64,000 nt of DNA. It comes from Mytilus californianus (Eukaryota). Every line of letters starts with the position of its first letter. Within the stretch, counting starts at the first letter, position 1. A model generated the notes under the pieces. It worked only from the letters and a program-made list of their open reading frames with translations, searched no databases and had not been told where the DNA came from. This document shows, in pieces, positions 61,504-64,000 of the stretch. The stretch spans positions 27,156,001-27,220,000 of the forward strand of contig NW_026262734.1 in assembly GCF_021869535.1 (NCBI RefSeq). The letters are read 5' to 3'. The position numbers were made by a program, and so were the translations under genes.

Positions 61504-64000
61504 GTTATGAAGAAGATTGTCTCATTTATGTTAGATATATAAACAGGTCTTAGCGATTTCTTATGTCTCAAATATACCTTCATTATAATGATTTCTGCAT
61601 CCAACCTCCCTTCATAACCTTTGAATGTAGCTATTCTTATGACCAATCAAGGATTAACATATACTCTTGTAGCATTAATGATTTATGTATGTGCATGCTC
61701 ATTTAATGTAATATTATTATCAAATTGTGTATAGTAGAAGACTCCATTAGTTGGTATAACTTGTTTCTGGTCATATTTCAATCATTGTTCAAATGAAATA
61801 ACCATAACCCTAAATCACACATTATTTTACATCGTTATAGTTTTATAGAAACTGGAATAAAAGAACTATTTCTCGTGTGGCTTTCAGTTTCTTTTCATTA
61901 TAAAGTAGGTGGCTCCCAAGGGTAATAACCTCCGTGATGAATGTTCTTGAGAAACTTTTGATTTTACTAATGATGTTTCCGTTCATCATTATCAACAAAT
62001 GTCTAATGATGGTAGTGCTTATCATTAAATCACATGTAGGTTAAAGGCAACATTAGTTTACCGATTTTCAAATCTCATAAATTCATTAAGAGATACAATT
62101 CAAGGTAAAAACAGAAACTGCGGAAATCGCTTGAACTCCATATAGAACGAAACTAACTATGTCTACGAGTAAGTGTCTCTTGCTATGAATACATGAATTT
62201 GCCATTAGAATTCACAATCAGTCAAAATGTCGCAAATGGGAATAGGACACTATCTGTAAATTTAAAGTTCAGACGACTTTTCATGTATCTAGAGATCTAA
62301 GACCGCACGCAAAACACTTCGCTTGTGATTGGAGACACAGACACATCAAACAGGTTGAAACCAATTTGTGATGATGACCCTAAAACGTTTGTAGTGTCGA
62401 TTTCGTTCGTTCTTCCTCATAACTCTGTCAAAGATTTTGGGTATGGAATTTAAAGTTTAAAATCATGTGTGGTACATATACTTGACAAAGTTAAATTTGA
62501 CAGAACAGGTGAATCTCGTCCAATTTGTATACTGTGTTACAGAGAAAAATAAGGACAAACAACATACTTTAAAAAGCTACACGATAATAGAAACAATTTC
62601 ATAGAAACTATAATGATCAAATTGTACGTGTACCTACCATTAGAAACATGACAGATGTCACATGTGGATCAGAATCTGCTTACCCTTCTGGAGCACATGA
62701 GATTACCCCCGGTTTTTTGTGGGGATTATTTTATGTTGCTCAGTCATTAGTTTTCCTTGAAGTGTTTTGTAGACGCTTGTATTATCGTGTTTTTGTCATG
62801 GCGTTGTCAATTTTTCTTCAACTTGTGAGTTTTGAATGTCACCTTGGTATCCACCTTCTTTTTGCTAGCATTATGTTAATTAAAAATAATGATAAGCAAT
62901 AGGATGGTTAACATCCCGTAAATTAGTACATAAATATATCGGAGAACTTTGAGACTCTATAATGATTTGAATGTATAGATGTCTGCAGAGGTGACATGCA
63001 CACACATATATTATTATGTTTTATAGTTATTTTAAAACTTAAAACTTCAAATGACTGGTTTTTTTTCTAATTGAAAAGTCCCTGTCCCTTATTTTTGGGA
63101 ATGAAAGAAATTGAGTTTTGAGCTTAACTGTATAAAGTGGATTTCTCCTGCACCATTGGAAGTTCGCCTGATAGAGGCGAAATATAAGGTAACCCGTACA
63201 CCACTGTTAATGCATGAAAGGTTCGTACAGTGTAAACTTGCGTAAAGACTCATTAGTGTTAATTGACATATGTAAATGCCATTTGATGGGAGACACGATC
63301 TGTTATCGCTGAGAAATGGGAAACTAACAATCGGAAAGTTTAAATCGCCACTTTTGTCATGGGTTCTAGTTTAAAGTCGTCCAAATCTTTGCCAATACAG
63401 TTGAAAATATCAAGATATTAAACATACCTTTTAGTTTTGGTAGTATCCTTAATCTCAAGTTTACGGGGATATATGAAACGCTAACCACAAAACCAGGTTC
63501 AACCCACCATTTTTTCTTAAAATGTCCTGTACCAAGTCAGGAAAATGGCCATTGTTATATTATAGTTCGTTTCTGTGTGAGTTGCATTTTAGTGTTGAGT
63601 TTATGTTGTGTCGTTATTCTCCTCTAATATTTGATGTGTTTCCCTCAGTTATAGTTTGTAACCCGGATTTGTTTTTTTTTTCTCAATCGATTTATGAATT
63701 TCGAATAGCGGTATACTACTGTTGTCTTTATTTTGCTATAGTTATCTGTGTCAATATTGAGGAAAGTATCAACATATTAATCAGACCTTCCGATTTCGGT
63801 TGTATTCTTAATCTCAAGTTCACTAGAATATATGAGACTAAAGCGCTTATTGTTGGTAATTGAGTGACAAGACATGATCAATATATTTGAAAGTGATATT
63901 ACAGAACTTTGCAAGATGCTTAGATAACGATTAACTAAACATTTTAAATTCACTACTTTAGAAACAATGTTGAAATAGTTATCTGTGTCAATATTGAGGA

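Overview
AT-rich, intron-containing animal genomic DNA, not prokaryotic. The repeat families look like those of mytilid bivalves (Mytilus); this is from memory and unverified. I reconstructed four genes by hand from splice sites, phase continuity and recalled human orthologue motifs. They are: the first coding exon of RETSAT (-), with the rest outside the window; a complete 11-exon FBXW8 (+, 5070-23939, 684 aa); a 9-exon SWAP70/DEF6-family gene (-, 44146-30131, about 989 aa) with a long acidic tail carrying tyrosine motifs; and a 3-coding-exon ETFBKMT/METTL20 (+, 49619-54543, 234 aa) that requires a GC-AG intron. Introns and intergenic DNA are filled with non-autonomous transposons: satellite-carrying Helentron/DINE-like elements, hAT-like and other TIR MITEs, tRNA-derived SINEs and two 5'-truncated LINE ends. 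There is no CRISPR array, rRNA or true tRNA. I cannot demonstrate a new biological system. The best leads are a ~360-bp degenerate palindrome in the RETSAT/FBXW8 divergent promoter, a 2.3-kb foldback-like element, tandem arrays of duplicated splice donors in two genes, and the SH2-motif tail of the SWAP70-like protein.
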